Shown here in pieces: positions 47,340 to 58,580 of a stretch of DNA of 64,000 bases. The position numbers and the translations under genes are program-made. The stretch covers positions 3,934 to 67,933 of the forward strand of contig SVBO01000001.1 in NCBI GenBank assembly GCA_015058845.1, read 5' to 3'. How positions within the stretch are numbered: the first letter of the stretch is position 1; each line of letters begins with the position of its first letter. Under the pieces are notes generated by a model. The model saw only the letters and a program-made list of their open reading frames with translations, did not search any database and had not been told where the DNA came from. Source of the DNA: Erysipelotrichaceae bacterium. GTDB lineage: Bacteria; Bacillota_I; Bacilli_A; Erysipelotrichales; Erysipelotrichaceae.

Positions 47340-50036
47340 ATGATCGAGAAACTATATATAGCAGACACGTACTTACACACATCCCTACAGAAACGATTCA
47401 TTAAAGAGAATCAGAATAGACCCATCTGCGGTATCCGTATGATGGACTTTTCAACTTTCTTAGCACAATATACTACCCTCACTACATCTTCTATTGAAGC
47501 CTATGCGCATATGTATCATACCTTTCAAGACGTGAAAGGGAATATGTTCTCTCCACTATTATCAAATCTTTCCTTCATCAAGGAGATCTATTCTTTATAT
47601 GAGACATTACAATTAAATGATACGCACTACACAGAACTCCCTAGTGAGAAGAGATCCTACCAAGCATTACGTGAATTATTCTCTTTGGTAGAGGGGGTGT
47701 CTACTCGTGGAGAAGCTATGAGAGAAGCCTATGAGAATATATGTAAGCAAGAGGATTTCTCACATGTAGTATTCGTGAATTATATGTATAAGAATACTTT
47801 AGAGAAGAAGATCTATGAGGAGATGCTCTCTAAAGGAGCACAAGTACTGAATACTTCTATAGTACCTTCCCATGTACGCTATCACTTTGCACTGAATAAA
47901 CGTTTAGAATGTGAGAGTATTGCACAGGAAATAGTGGAATTAGTAAATAGTGGTGTGTCATTAGAAGACATTGGGATCATGGTCAGTGATCCGAAAGAGT
48001 ACCAAGATGTACTCACTTTCGTCATGCGAAGATATAATATTCCGATCTATCTACCAAGAAGTAATGTGTCTTCTCCAGTATTAGACTTCTTACAAGTATT
48101 CTTTAAATATTATGCTAAGAGTGATATCTCTACCTTTACTGCACTGGTGAATAATGCTTTCTTAAATATCCCTAATGTAGATAGACTAGTATCTTATATT
48201 CAAACATTACATCTAGCATACGAAGATCTATTTATACCATTCGATCATCACTCTCGTATTGAGGGAACAGAGTTATTAAGTAAAGATAATGTAGCCTTAC
48301 TGAAAGTCTATGAAGATAGTGCTAAGGAAGCGCAACAGATCTATACAACATTCTTAGATACTATCGATCCTACTACTTGCTCAACACTACTTACTACCCT
48401 ACATGAATATATAAGTTCTCGTAAAGAGGAATTAAATGAGGAAGAGATAGAATTAGTCAATCGTTTATACCAAACATTCTATCCTCATATTAGTACACTA
48501 GATACTCTTCCATTAAGTATCAGTACACAATTGATCCTAGATCATCTAAGTAACCTCTCTGTACACACAGAACACTATTCCCATACAATTACGATCTCTG
48601 ATCTAACTACTCCTCCATTACCTGTTAAGTATGGTTTCTTAGTAGGTGTACATCAGAAGACATATCCTGCTTTCCATAGTCTAAGTGGATTACTGAATGA
48701 GGAATTAGTAGAGATCTTACCTAATTTCTTACCATTATCTCAAAGATATGATGCTCATATGCATAGAGTAGAAAATGCTGTTAGATTTGCTGATACTCTT
48801 GTGATCTCTTATCCACAGTCTAACTATGAAGGTAAGACGAATGAACCATCGCTAGAGTTAGAGGGAGTATTCCATATCAAAGAAGCAGTCTTCTTCCCTG
48901 TACAAGAGAATAATGATTCTTATGTTCGTAAGTATAAACTAGATCGTAGCCTTGCTAGAGATATCTTCTTCAGGGATGGTATGATCAAGGGTTCTATCTC
49001 ATCCTTTGAACGTTTCTTTAAGTGTCCATATTCCTATTTCTTAAAGAGTGGTCTAAAGATCAAGGATCTATTCTCTTTTGATATTGCTTCTGCTCAGATC
49101 GGTACACTTCAACATGCTTTCTTTGAGGAAATGATCAAGGAAAAGGGGAAAAACTATACCACTACATTACCAGAAGAAACACAGGCATTCTTAGATCAAA
49201 AGTATCAGGAATATCTAGATACCTACCCAAGAGAGAAGATCTCTATTGAAACATGTAAGAAACAAATCAAGATCAATCTCCATAAATCACTAGAAACACT
49301 TGCCTTGATAGAAGAACACACTAGTTTCTACCCTACACTACAAGAATATCGATTCAGTGAAGATATTCTTACCCATAGAGGTATTATTCTACATTTAAAT
49401 GGTATTATCGATAGAGTAGATGAGATCCCACAAGGTGCACGTGTAATTGATTATAAGAGCAGTGATCGTTCCTTTAAACGAGAAAAGTTTGAGACAGGAG
49501 AATCTCTTCAACTAGTCACTTATGCTTATATCGTATCCGAAGTCTTACGTAAGAATGTATTCGGGATCTATTATTTCTCTATGCGTAGTAAAGATACGGA
49601 ACAGATCGCATCTAAAGTAGCTAGACCAAGGTACTCTAAGAAGTTAGAACAATATGAGATCACTACTCCTACCTTAGAAGAGATCGTTGAAACTAAGAAT
49701 CATAATAAGTTAACTGGACAAACATTCGTAAATTCTCCAAGTGATCTTACTATGTTAGATGATACTTACGGAGATTGGATCAGTGATATTAAGTCTGGTA
49801 CTAAGAAAGAAATAGCGGAGGGGATTGTGGCTAAGGTAAGTAAGCCTTTTGATTATGAAGATGCGAAAGAGCAATTAGTCATGATCTATCAATATCTGAT
49901 CGATTCTTTATTCTTGGCGGATATTGATTGTAAGCCTGTAGAAGGCGCTTGTACATATTGTGAATATAGTTCTATTTGTATGTTTAGAGGAGAATATAGT
50001 GAAAGAGATAGAATCGTGAATGGGGAGGTGGAATAA
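47340..50036 (+). CDS. addB: helicase-exonuclease AddAB subunit B (RexB-type, no Walker A seen)
   Basis: About 898 aa. C-terminal nuclease/Fe-S module with FFKCPYSYF, IIDRVD, VIDYKS and CKPVEGACTYCEYSSIC. Immediately precedes addA, with an ATAATG overlap. Confidence 0.85.
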   Translation: MIEKLYIADTYLHTSLQKRFIKENQNRPICGIRMMDFSTFLAQYTTLTTSSIEAYAHMYHTFQDVKGNMFSPLLSNLSFIKEIYSLYETLQLNDTHYTELPSEKRSYQALRELFSLVEGVSTRGEAMREAYENICKQEDFSHVVFVNYMYKNTLEKKIYEEMLSKGAQVLNTSIVPSHVRYHFALNKRLECESIAQEIVELVNSGVSLEDIGIMVSDPKEYQDVLTFVMRRYNIPIYLPRSNVSSPVLDFLQVFFKYYAKSDISTFTALVNNAFLNIPNVDRLVSYIQTLHLAYEDLFIPFDHHSRIEGTELLSKDNVALLKVYEDSAKEAQQIYTTFLDTIDPTTCSTLLTTLHEYISSRKEELNEEEIELVNRLYQTFYPHISTLDTLPLSISTQLILDHLSNLSVHTEHYSHTITISDLTTPPLPVKYGFLVGVHQKTYPAFHSLSGLLNEELVEILPNFLPLSQRYDAHMHRVENAVRFADTLVISYPQSNYEGKTNEPSLELEGVFHIKEAVFFPVQENNDSYVRKYKLDRSLARDIFFRDGMIKGSISSFERFFKCPYSYFLKSGLKIKDLFSFDIASAQIGTLQHAFFEEMIKEKGKNYTTTLPEETQAFLDQKYQEYLDTYPREKISIETCKKQIKINLHKSLETLALIEEHTSFYPTLQEYRFSEDILTHRGIILHLNGIIDRVDEIPQGARVIDYKSSDRSFKREKFETGESLQLVTYAYIVSEVLRKNVFGIYYFSMRSKDTEQIASKVARPRYSKKLEQYEITTPTLEEIVETKNHNKLTGQTFVNSPSDLTMLDDTYGDWISDIKSGTKKEIAEGIVAKVSKPFDYEDAKEQLVMIYQYLIDSLFLADIDCKPVEGACTYCEYSSICMFRGEYSERDRIVNGEVE

Positions 50037-53000
50037 TGGCATTTACAAGTGAGCAATTACAAGCAATACACTCTACTGGTAAGAATATAACAGTAGCTGC
50101 CTCTGCGGGTAGTGGTAAGACTACTGTATTAGTAGAACGTATTATGAAACGTGTTATGCAAGATCATATCCCCCTAGATCGCTTTCTAGCTATGACATTT
50201 ACAGAAGCAGCTGCCTCAGAGATGAAGAGCAGACTATTCGATCGTTTGACTAAGACCATGAAAGAACAACCAGAGAATGCAGAGTATTGCAAAGCACAAT
50301 TAGTATTACTAAGTAAAGCACAGATCTCTACGATCCATTCTTTCTGTTTAAGTGTGATCAAAGAGAATTATGCGTATATTGGGATGGATATCCAAAGAGT
50401 CAATACGATCATTTCATTAGAAGAAGAACAACATTACTTCCAGAAAGCTTTCCAAGATACAGTCAAGTACTATGAAGCAGAAGAATACTTTCCTTATCTA
50501 AAGGCTTATTTCTCAGATAAGGTATATGATACCTCTACACTATATAAAGAAGTACAAGAGATCGCTAAGGTGTTACGAGAAGTAAACTATGAGGAATACT
50601 ATACACAAGCTATGCAGACCTATACAGTTCGTAGTGTATCTGATCTACCTAAGATGATCAAGAAGGCATTATTCTCTTATTTACTAGATCATATAGATTA
50701 TCTTAGAGAATGTATCGATCTATTGATCCAGTTCAGCGAGGAACCAGAGAAGTTATATACTAAGAAGAACTACTTAGTACAAATGGAAGATGCCTGTGTG
50801 AAAGAAGACTATTCCTTATTCTTAGTGCTATTCCACGGCTTTACACAAGTCGTATTTCCTCCTACTAGTGAGGAAGTCTTCAAGAGTAAACAAAAGGAAC
50901 TACGCTCTATAGAAGATTCTTTATTAAGCATCTTATTCAATGAATCCCAAGTGATCAGTGATCTACATGCTCAATGGCCATTAGTATCTCTATTACTACA
51001 AATGAGTCATTACTATAATCAAAGAATAGAGTATTACAAACAAGAAGCTAGTTTCATGGACTTTGATGATATGGAACATCTAGCCTATAAGATCTTATCA
51101 AATTATCCTGAAGTAGCGCAGATCTATCAACAACGATACATAGATATCTTAGTAGATGAGTATCAAGACTCCTCTACCCTACAAGATAAGATCTTATCTT
51201 ATATCACTACAGGAGATAATATCTTTAGAGTAGGAGATGTGAAGCAATCGATCTATAGCTTCAGAAATGCGATACCAGAGTTACTACAAGGCTATGTAGA
51301 TAGACCTAGTGAAAAGGATGAAGTTATCTTCTTACGACATAACTTCCGTTCTAATTCTCAGATCATTGACTTTGTGAATGGTGCTTTCTATAACTTCATG
51401 AACCTCTCTACTATGAATAGCAACTTCCATGATGAAGATGTTGCTTTAGTAGGGATGGAGAGTCAGGAAACAAATACTACTTGTATCGACTATCATGTAT
51501 TACTCAATGATTTAAAGAAGAATGAGTTATTGGAAGATATGGATACCTCTCGTATTCGTGCTGAGTATATTGCAGATGAGATCATTGCTATTAAGCAAAG
51601 GGATAAGTGTAAGTGGAGCGACTTTGTAGTATTAGTACGTAATAATGAACGTAAGATCGACCTTAAGAGAGCCTTTACAAAACGGGGTGTACCTAACTTC
51701 ATTGATAGTAAAGAAGGCTTCTATAAGTCTACTTCAGTAACTATAGTCACCTCCTTTATCCAATGGGTAGTATCTCCCGATGTAGACAATTACTTTGCAG
51801 CAGTAGCTCTATCTCCTTTCTATCAACTCACTGATAACGATCTAGCTAAGATCACATTACGAAAAAGAGAATTAGGATGTAGTTCTTACTATGAGTATGC
51901 CTTAACGCAAGAGCATCCTGTGTTATCTAAGATGATAGAGGATCTAGGGGTGTTACAAAGTATGCTTTCTCTACGAGATATATTGTTATATATGTATAAT
52001 GTGAGTCATTACTATGATACGTATACGACACATGGAGATCGTACGAATCTAGATGCCTTGTTAGAGAAGGCTTGTTTATATGAGAGTACGCATAGTGATG
52101 GGTTAGAAGGATTTGCTAGTTTCATTACTTCTCTAAAGGATTTCAAGAGTGCTGAGGCCTTGTCTATCAATACAAAGGAAGATGTAGTTCGTGTAATGAC
52201 TGTACATCAATCTAAGGGATTACAGTTCTCTTATGTATTCTATTGGGGTAAGGAACAAGCAAATTATATGTTACGTAATGGTGTATTGAAGAACTCTGAA
52301 TTAGGAATCTTCTTAGATCATCGTGATCAAGTATACCAAGTAAGTCGTAAGAGTTTACTAAGAAGTGTATGTTCTCATATCCAAACGAAGAAAAGCGTAG
52401 AGGAAGAGATCCGTGTGATCTACGTAGCCTTAACTCGCCCTAAACAAAAACTGATCATGACTACGATGTTAACAAATGAGCAATTCGAACTACTTCGATC
52501 TTCTCCTATTAGTACGTATGAACTTCTTAAGGGAGAGTGTTATGGTAAGTGGTTGTTACATCAGGCTTATCAGATGGATCAAATCAGGATCAAGAGTGTA
52601 TCTACTTTACAAATGAATTCTGCAGGTAGGATCCACCCTACTCAAAGATATACAATCACTCCTCTACCAGAATATCCACACACACCACTTACTCAAAAGC
52701 CATCAGTTCATACCCCTAAGCTACACTCTCTACAACAAGAGAAGGCTATGCAGTTAGGTACGATGTTACATAGAATGCTAGAGATCATAGACTTTACTCG
52801 TACATATACGCAAGAGGATCTGAAGGCACTAGCAGCAAGAGAATTCCAAGATCATCCATTATGTAGTAAATTGAAGTATAGTGCTGTATTAAAGTTTATA
52901 GAGCATGATCTTACACAGAGTTTTAAAGATATGGAAATCTTTAAAGAATATCCATTCTATGATATGACGGATGGGCAATTGGTACATGGTGTAATCGACT

Positions 53001-53191
53001 TATTAGTAAGAAGTAATGATCATATTTATATCGTAGATTATAAGAGTGATATTTCTACAGATGAGGAATTAGTTTCGATGTATACTTCTCAGTTGATGTA
53101 CTATAAGCAGATTATCGAGAAGATATATCCAAAGACTCCTATTACTGTATATATCTATTCTACCCATAGTAATAAGTACATTGAGATCTAG
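50036..53191 (+). CDS. addA: helicase-exonuclease AddAB subunit A (UvrD-like helicase plus PD-(D/E)XK nuclease)
   Basis: AASAGSGKTTVLVER, VDEYQDS, TVHQSKGLQF motifs. C-terminal GVIDLLV..IVDYKSD. Confidence 0.92.
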   Translation: MAFTSEQLQAIHSTGKNITVAASAGSGKTTVLVERIMKRVMQDHIPLDRFLAMTFTEAAASEMKSRLFDRLTKTMKEQPENAEYCKAQLVLLSKAQISTIHSFCLSVIKENYAYIGMDIQRVNTIISLEEEQHYFQKAFQDTVKYYEAEEYFPYLKAYFSDKVYDTSTLYKEVQEIAKVLREVNYEEYYTQAMQTYTVRSVSDLPKMIKKALFSYLLDHIDYLRECIDLLIQFSEEPEKLYTKKNYLVQMEDACVKEDYSLFLVLFHGFTQVVFPPTSEEVFKSKQKELRSIEDSLLSILFNESQVISDLHAQWPLVSLLLQMSHYYNQRIEYYKQEASFMDFDDMEHLAYKILSNYPEVAQIYQQRYIDILVDEYQDSSTLQDKILSYITTGDNIFRVGDVKQSIYSFRNAIPELLQGYVDRPSEKDEVIFLRHNFRSNSQIIDFVNGAFYNFMNLSTMNSNFHDEDVALVGMESQETNTTCIDYHVLLNDLKKNELLEDMDTSRIRAEYIADEIIAIKQRDKCKWSDFVVLVRNNERKIDLKRAFTKRGVPNFIDSKEGFYKSTSVTIVTSFIQWVVSPDVDNYFAAVALSPFYQLTDNDLAKITLRKRELGCSSYYEYALTQEHPVLSKMIEDLGVLQSMLSLRDILLYMYNVSHYYDTYTTHGDRTNLDALLEKACLYESTHSDGLEGFASFITSLKDFKSAEALSINTKEDVVRVMTVHQSKGLQFSYVFYWGKEQANYMLRNGVLKNSELGIFLDHRDQVYQVSRKSLLRSVCSHIQTKKSVEEEIRVIYVALTRPKQKLIMTTMLTNEQFELLRSSPISTYELLKGECYGKWLLHQAYQMDQIRIKSVSTLQMNSAGRIHPTQRYTITPLPEYPHTPLTQKPSVHTPKLHSLQQEKAMQLGTMLHRMLEIIDFTRTYTQEDLKALAAREFQDHPLCSKLKYSAVLKFIEHDLTQSFKDMEIFKEYPFYDMTDGQLVHGVIDLLVRSNDHIYIVDYKSDISTDEELVSMYTSQLMYYKQIIEKIYPKTPITVYIYSTHSNKYIEI

Positions 53192-53201
53192 GAGGGATAG
53201 T

Positions 53202-53681
53202 ATGCCTATTGAACAAAAATTAAGAGTATTAAAGAAGATCGCTAGTGCATTTGAGAGAGCACATATTACATGGGCCGTTGGTGCTTCTGTTCTACTGTAC
53301 TTCAAGGAGATCGTACCTAGTTTCAATGACCTTGATCTATTGATCCATATGAAGGATATCGAGAAAGCTAAGAAGATCTTATTACAGATGGGTATCTTGA
53401 AGCCATCTCAAGAGAATACTAACTTCAAGACTAAGGTATTCTTAGAATTTGTAGTAGATGCAGTAGAAGTAGATGTGATCGGAGGCTTTGCGATCGTTCA
53501 TGATGGTATATGTCATGATTGTTCTTTGTTAGAAGAGCAGATCATGGAATATGTCGAACTACAAGGACATCAGATCCCTTTGCAATCCATCGAGTTATGG
53601 AAACAATATTACTACTGGATGGGAAGAGAGAAAAAGGTAAATATCATTGAGGAAGCGTTGCACCGAAATAGTGCGGAATAG
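53202..53681 (+). CDS. nucleotidyltransferase-fold protein
   Basis: WAVGASVLL..FNDLDLLI resembles the G[SG]-x-DxD minimal NTase motif. AGGAGGG RBS before 53202. Confidence 0.55.
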   Translation: MPIEQKLRVLKKIASAFERAHITWAVGASVLLYFKEIVPSFNDLDLLIHMKDIEKAKKILLQMGILKPSQENTNFKTKVFLEFVVDAVEVDVIGGFAIVHDGICHDCSLLEEQIMEYVELQGHQIPLQSIELWKQYYYWMGREKKVNIIEEALHRNSAE

Positions 53682-53739
53682 TTGGTAGATGCACTTTCCC
53701 TATTTCGCTATACTAAGAGTGTAAAGGAGAGAATATAAT

Positions 53740-54102
53740 ATGGTTCCTAGAAATAATACATTATTACTTGCTGTTGTTAGTTTTGTTATCTGGCTCTTAC
53801 TAGTTATCCTATTCATTGCCTTCATGGTACTTGTAGTACGAGCATTACTGAAATATCTTAGAGGAAATGAGAAACATCATGAGAACACGATCCTTAAGAA
53901 ATCATTAGGAGAAGTGATCAAGGTACATCGTACACAGTGTAATATGACACAAGAATTCGTAGCAGAATATATGGGTGTTACCAGACAAACGATCAGTAAA
54001 TGGGAAACAGGTATCAATGAACCTAGTACCTCTAATCTACTAAGGTTAGCCAAACTATTCCATGTGCCTGCTGAAGATCTTCTGAAGGAGATCAAGGCTT
54101 AA
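53740..54102 (+). CDS. membrane-anchored XRE-family HTH protein
   Basis: N-terminal TM LLLAVVSFVIWLLLVILFIAFMVLVV, then IKVHRTQCNMTQEFVAEYMGVTRQTISKWE. Confidence 0.7.
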   Translation: MVPRNNTLLLAVVSFVIWLLLVILFIAFMVLVVRALLKYLRGNEKHHENTILKKSLGEVIKVHRTQCNMTQEFVAEYMGVTRQTISKWETGINEPSTSNLLRLAKLFHVPAEDLLKEIKA

Positions 54103-54117
54103 TATAGGAGAGATACT

Positions 54118-54636
54118 ATGAAGCTTATATACAAAGAGATCGTGATCCATACTGCTACCCATGATGATGCAGAGATACTTACCACTTGGTGGAATGATGG
54201 TTCTATTATGGAACATGCTGGTTTCCCACTTGGTATTGGTACTACTGTAGAGATGGTAAAAGAACAATTACTAGATACCTCTAAAGTACGCCTAATGATC
54301 GAATATGAGAGTATTCCTATTGGAGAGATGTGTTATATTCCTATAGATGATACTACCGTAGAGATCGGGATCAAGATCTGTGATCAAGCATATCAAAACA
54401 GAGGTCTTGGGAAAGTGATCTTAAGTATGTTGATCAAACATTTATTCGATATCGGATATCAAAGGATCATTCTAGATACTATGTTAAGCAATACTCGTGC
54501 ACAACACGTATATGAATCCCTAGGCTTTATACGCACTGCTATCCACTATGATAGTTGGAAAGATCAATTAGGGATACTTAGATCTAGTGTGGACTATGCA
54601 TTGAGTCCTGAGCATTTCAAGAATTATATGAAGTAA
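54118..54636 (+). CDS. GNAT family N-acetyltransferase
   Basis: 172 aa. QNRGLGKVILSMLI acetyl-CoA motif. Confidence 0.8.
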   Translation: MKLIYKEIVIHTATHDDAEILTTWWNDGSIMEHAGFPLGIGTTVEMVKEQLLDTSKVRLMIEYESIPIGEMCYIPIDDTTVEIGIKICDQAYQNRGLGKVILSMLIKHLFDIGYQRIILDTMLSNTRAQHVYESLGFIRTAIHYDSWKDQLGILRSSVDYALSPEHFKNYMK

Positions 54637-54690
54637 TGTAAAAGATGGTACATATCGTAATGATATATACCATCTTCTTTTCTTATATTC

Positions 54691-55878
54691 TTACTTAGTA
54701 GCTTCGTCAAACTCTGCTTTGATCTTAGCCATTTGCGCTGGATCACAGATCAGATCACATGCCACATATGCAATAGCCTTACTAGCATTTAGAAGAGCCT
54801 TCTTACCCTCTTCACTAATAGTAGCAGCAGCTAACTCCTTAGAGTGACCAGTTACACAACTATCAGCGATCTTGATACCCCCTTGAATAGTAGGACATAC
54901 ATAACTCACACTACCTACATCCGTAGAACCACCGCCCACTTCATTCACAGGCTCGATATTCTCTACACCAAGTAGTTCATACTTTTCCTTAAGCATATCT
55001 GCTAGACCATAGTTTACAAGAGTATCTTCGTAAGGACATTCATAGATACTAGTCTTGAAAGTAGTACCAGTGGCTTCACATGCACCCTTAGCACAATTGA
55101 TAGCCTTCTCTGTTACTTCTAACGCATACTTCATAGTAGGAGCTCTGAAGTAATATTCTAAACTAGCATATGCTGGAATTACATTTGCAGCCTTTCCACC
55201 ATCTTTCAATACACCATGGATAAATGTTTGAGGTTCTACGAATTGTCTTAATAGATTGATCTGTACATATGTCATAACAGCAGCATCTAATGCAGAAGCC
55301 CCATCTTGTGGATGACATGCATGGGCATTCTTACCAAAGAATTCAAACTTCACTGGATTTAAAGCATTAGACTTTCCACCAAGACCATTCTTAGTACCAG
55401 GATGTACCATCAATGCCACATCGATATCCTTAAAGACACCAGCCTTTACCATCTCTACCTTACCACCAAAGTTTTCTTCCCCTGGAGTACCTACTACCTT
55501 GATCGTACCACCGATCTCATCGATAATAGCCTTAAGGCCCTCACCAGCAGCAATCCCAATACCAGCGATCAGATTATGACCACAACCATGTCCTACCTCA
55601 GGTAACGCATCATATTCACACATGAAACCAATAGTAGGTCCTTCTTTCGCTGACTTATACGTAGCTACGAAGTCTGTTTCCACAGCAAGCCCAGTCTCTA
55701 CCTCAAACCCAGCATTCTTTAAATATTCTACTAATAACTTTTGACTCTCATATTCCACAAAACCTAATTCTGGATGATCATACATTGCTTTGACCATTCC
55801 CATATAATCATCTACATGTGTATCAATAGTATTTGAAATTACTTCATAATTCGCATTCATAATCATATTTCCTTTCAT
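54691..55878 (-). CDS. M20 family amidohydrolase (M20D/AbgB-like)
   Basis: HGCGHNL metal motif and GTPGEE. Three clustered ATGs (55878, 55866, 55860), so the true start is uncertain. Confidence 0.8.
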   Translation of the reverse strand: MKGNMIMNANYEVISNTIDTHVDDYMGMVKAMYDHPELGFVEYESQKLLVEYLKNAGFEVETGLAVETDFVATYKSAKEGPTIGFMCEYDALPEVGHGCGHNLIAGIGIAAGEGLKAIIDEIGGTIKVVGTPGEENFGGKVEMVKAGVFKDIDVALMVHPGTKNGLGGKSNALNPVKFEFFGKNAHACHPQDGASALDAAVMTYVQINLLRQFVEPQTFIHGVLKDGGKAANVIPAYASLEYYFRAPTMKYALEVTEKAINCAKGACEATGTTFKTSIYECPYEDTLVNYGLADMLKEKYELLGVENIEPVNEVGGGSTDVGSVSYVCPTIQGGIKIADSCVTGHSKELAAATISEEGKKALLNASKAIAYVACDLICDPAQMAKIKAEFDEATK

Positions 55879-55912
55879 TTACTTTTAAGAAAAGAAGTAG
55901 TTGAACTACTTC

Positions 55913-56806
55913 TTAGTAACCATAGATTTCAGCAGTTAGATCAAATGGTAATAAAGCTTCTGCTTCATCATTCCATACATCTAATTGACATCTACCATCT
56001 TCTTTAACTTCCTTAGCTTCAGTAATAACTTTATTAACGATCTCGATCAATGACTCATTATCAGCATCCTTAGCAAATACAGCACACATTTGATCATACT
56101 TATTCTCAGGGTCTAGGTTAAAACTATCACCAGGTAGTAATACGATACCATCGTTAGCGTTCATAGCAGCAGCACCTTGTGTAGAAGTGATAACATATGC
56201 ATCGATACCACCTGTAGCAAGTTCAAGAGCTAGGATAGTGTTATCGCCAATAGAAACGATATTACTTGTATCAGTTAAATGAGATGCCATTTCGTATTGG
56301 ATAGAACCTAATTGTGCACCAATAGTTAAATTAGCAGCCTTGATATCATCTAAAGATTGATACTTACTTGCATCTTCCTTACGTACCATTAAACCTTGCC
56401 ATTCATCATCAGCAGTTTGTGCATAACTCTCAGAGAATTCTACTGTAGCCGCTCTTGTTTCAGTCCAAGCAAATCCAGATAGACCAAAGTCAGCTAGACC
56501 AGATTGTACTTCACTGATAACGTTATTAAACTCTACAGCAGAGATCTTTAATTCTACACCAATCTCTTCTGCTACAGCTTGTGCTAAGAAAATATCTGTA
56601 CCCACGATAGTTTGTTGACCATCTTGTAATACATAGAATTCATTTGGAGCAAAGTCAGGAGATGTAGCTAGAGTAATATATCCCTTCTCTTGGATTTGTT
56701 CTAGAACACTCTTAGGTGTTGTATCTGTATTGTTATTGCTATTACCACAACCAGTTAATCCTAATACCATAGCAAGTACTGCTACCATGCTTAATATTTT
56801 TTTCAT
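55913..56806 (-). CDS. amino-acid ABC transporter substrate-binding lipoprotein
   Basis: Lipobox LGLTGCGN and a family-3 SBP-like body. Confidence 0.8.
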   Translation of the reverse strand: MKKILSMVAVLAMVLGLTGCGNSNNNTDTTPKSVLEQIQEKGYITLATSPDFAPNEFYVLQDGQQTIVGTDIFLAQAVAEEIGVELKISAVEFNNVISEVQSGLADFGLSGFAWTETRAATVEFSESYAQTADDEWQGLMVRKEDASKYQSLDDIKAANLTIGAQLGSIQYEMASHLTDTSNIVSIGDNTILALELATGGIDAYVITSTQGAAAMNANDGIVLLPGDSFNLDPENKYDQMCAVFAKDADNESLIEIVNKVITEAKEVKEDGRCQLDVWNDEAEALLPFDLTAEIYGY

Positions 56807-56825
56807 ATTTCTTTACCTCTTTCTA

Positions 56826-57560
56826 TTAATACATTACTTTATCTAAGAACTCTTTCGTTCTTGCTTCTTTTGGATGATTGAAGATATCATCTGCACTACC
56901 TTCTTCTAAGATGATACCATTGTCAATGAACATAACACGAGTAGCTACTTCTTTCGCAAAGCCCATTTCATGTGTTACGATCACTGTAGTCATACCTGAC
57001 TTAGCTAGATCCTTGATAACCAATAATACTTCCTTAACCATTTCTGGGTCAAGCGCACTAGTAGGTTCATCGAATAACATTACATCTGGTTCCATAGCTA
57101 GTGCACGAGCGATCGCTACACGTTGCTTTTGTCCACCAGATAATGTATTGGGATACACATCTTTCTTTTCTAATAATCCAACCTTCTTTAATAATTCAAC
57201 AGCCTTCTTTTCGGCCTCTTCCTTAGAAAGACCCTTCACTTGGATCGGTGCTAATGTGATGTTCTCTAGAACAGTCATATTAGGGAATAGATTGAAGTGT
57301 TGGAATACCATTCCAATGTGTTCTCTTACCTTATTAATGTTGAAGTTCTTGTCATCCCTTGTAGTCAGGTTCTGACCCTTAAAGATCACTTCTCCACTAG
57401 TAGGTTCTTCTAACAAGTTCAAGCATCGTAAGAAGGTTGATTTACCAGAACCAGAAGCTCCGATAACTGCAACCACTTCACCTTGTTGAATCTCAGTAGT
57501 AATGCCATTAAGAACTTTTAATTTACCAAAATGTTTATGTAAGTTTACTGTCTTAAGCAT
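56826..57560 (-). CDS. amino-acid ABC transporter ATP-binding protein
   Basis: [35 protein letters not shown] motifs (GlnQ/ArtP-like). Confidence 0.9.
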   Translation of the reverse strand: MLKTVNLHKHFGKLKVLNGITTEIQQGEVVAVIGASGSGKSTFLRCLNLLEEPTSGEVIFKGQNLTTRDDKNFNINKVREHIGMVFQHFNLFPNMTVLENITLAPIQVKGLSKEEAEKKAVELLKKVGLLEKKDVYPNTLSGGQKQRVAIARALAMEPDVMLFDEPTSALDPEMVKEVLLVIKDLAKSGMTTVIVTHEMGFAKEVATRVMFIDNGIILEEGSADDIFNHPKEARTKEFLDKVMY

Positions 57561-58251
57561 TGTTCAACTTCCTTTCTAGGATCCCTAATAATCCAGTTAA
57601 TGTTGTTGTCATGATCAAGTAGATCACTGCGATCACGATCAATGGTTCAAATTGACGATATGTCAATGATTGAATGATCTTTTGAGTATACATTACATCG
57701 AAGATCCCTAGTGTAGATACTAGTGAAGACTCCTTGATCATCATAATGAATTCGTTACCAAGAGTTGGTAAGATCGTCTTGATCGCTTGCGGTAGAATAA
57801 CAAAACGCATTGTTTGTTTCGCATCTAATCCAAGAGATCTAGCTGCTTCTGTTTGTCCCTTATCGATAGAATCTAAACCAGCTCTGAAGATCTCACATAC
57901 ATAAGCGCCAGAGTTGATACCAAGGGCAAGTACACATCCTGTTAACTTTCCATCTGGATCAAGATATGGAATTGCTGGAATAGGAACACCAATTGCTGGT
58001 AGACCATAACGGATCAACATTAGTTGTAATAAGATCGGTGTACCACGAATGATTTGTGTATACAGAGTAGCTAGTAAGTTAAAGATCTTATACTTAGATC
58101 TCTTACCCAGTGTTGCTACGAAACCTATGACACATCCTAGTAATACTGTGATCATAGATAGTTTCAATGTCATCCATGCACCTTCTATGAAGTAATTCAT
58201 ATAAGGAAGCATTGTTGTGAAGTCTATTTGAATTGCTAATAGTGTATTCAT
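57553..58251 (-). CDS. amino-acid ABC transporter permease (His/Glu/Gln/Arg family)
   Basis: EAARSLG EAA loop. Start set at MNTLLAIQ (58251) after AAAGGAGAGG; the track extension runs through the T-box leader. Confidence 0.85.
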   Translation of the reverse strand: MNTLLAIQIDFTTMLPYMNYFIEGAWMTLKLSMITVLLGCVIGFVATLGKRSKYKIFNLLATLYTQIIRGTPILLQLMLIRYGLPAIGVPIPAIPYLDPDGKLTGCVLALGINSGAYVCEIFRAGLDSIDKGQTEAARSLGLDAKQTMRFVILPQAIKTILPTLGNEFIMMIKESSLVSTLGIFDVMYTQKIIQSLTYRQFEPLIVIAVIYLIMTTTLTGLLGILERKLNNA

Positions 58252-58267
58252 CGTATCCTCTCCTTTG

Positions 58268-58500
58268 TATAAAATAAAAATCTCCTGACGATCTGCCAGG
58301 AGACGAATATACCGCGTTACCACTCCGATTGATGATAGTTGACCTATCATCCTCTCTCTCTATTAAGGCTAGCCACCTGATATCCTACTACTTTCAGATA
58401 TCCCCCTCCAAAGTGCGCTTCATTTAGAACATCAGTACCGATCTTCCACCAACATCGGCTCGCTATACCCTATTTCTAACTACTCTCTTCTTCCATGGGT
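58268..58500 (-). ncRNA. T-box leader (tRNA-sensing riboswitch), specifier probably CGC (Arg)
   Basis: Minus strand shows GAAGAAGAGAGTAG (stem I base/K-turn region). The TTAGAA..TTCTAA helix is followed by ATGAAGCGCA. T-box sequence AATCGGAGTGGTAACGCGG. Terminator TCTCCTG..CAGGAGATTTTTATTTT. Confidence 0.75.
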
Positions 58501-58524
58501 TTACATATTTAATTTTATGATTTT

Positions 58525-58552
58525 ATTATACTCACTCCAAATTATTTGTCAA
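58525..58552 (-). promoter_or_regulatory. promoter TTGACA-N16-TATAAT driving the T-box leader
   Basis: Consensus hexamers read on the minus strand. Confidence 0.65.
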
Positions 58553-58580
58553 TCACTTTCTATGTAGTTGTTTCAGGAAT

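Noticed and set aside
53202-54636. NTase, membrane HTH and GNAT trio as an antibiotic-resistance or toxin-antitoxin cassette
   Set aside because: GATC density is native-like, there are no mobile-element hallmarks, and the motifs are too generic to assign a resistance or TA function.
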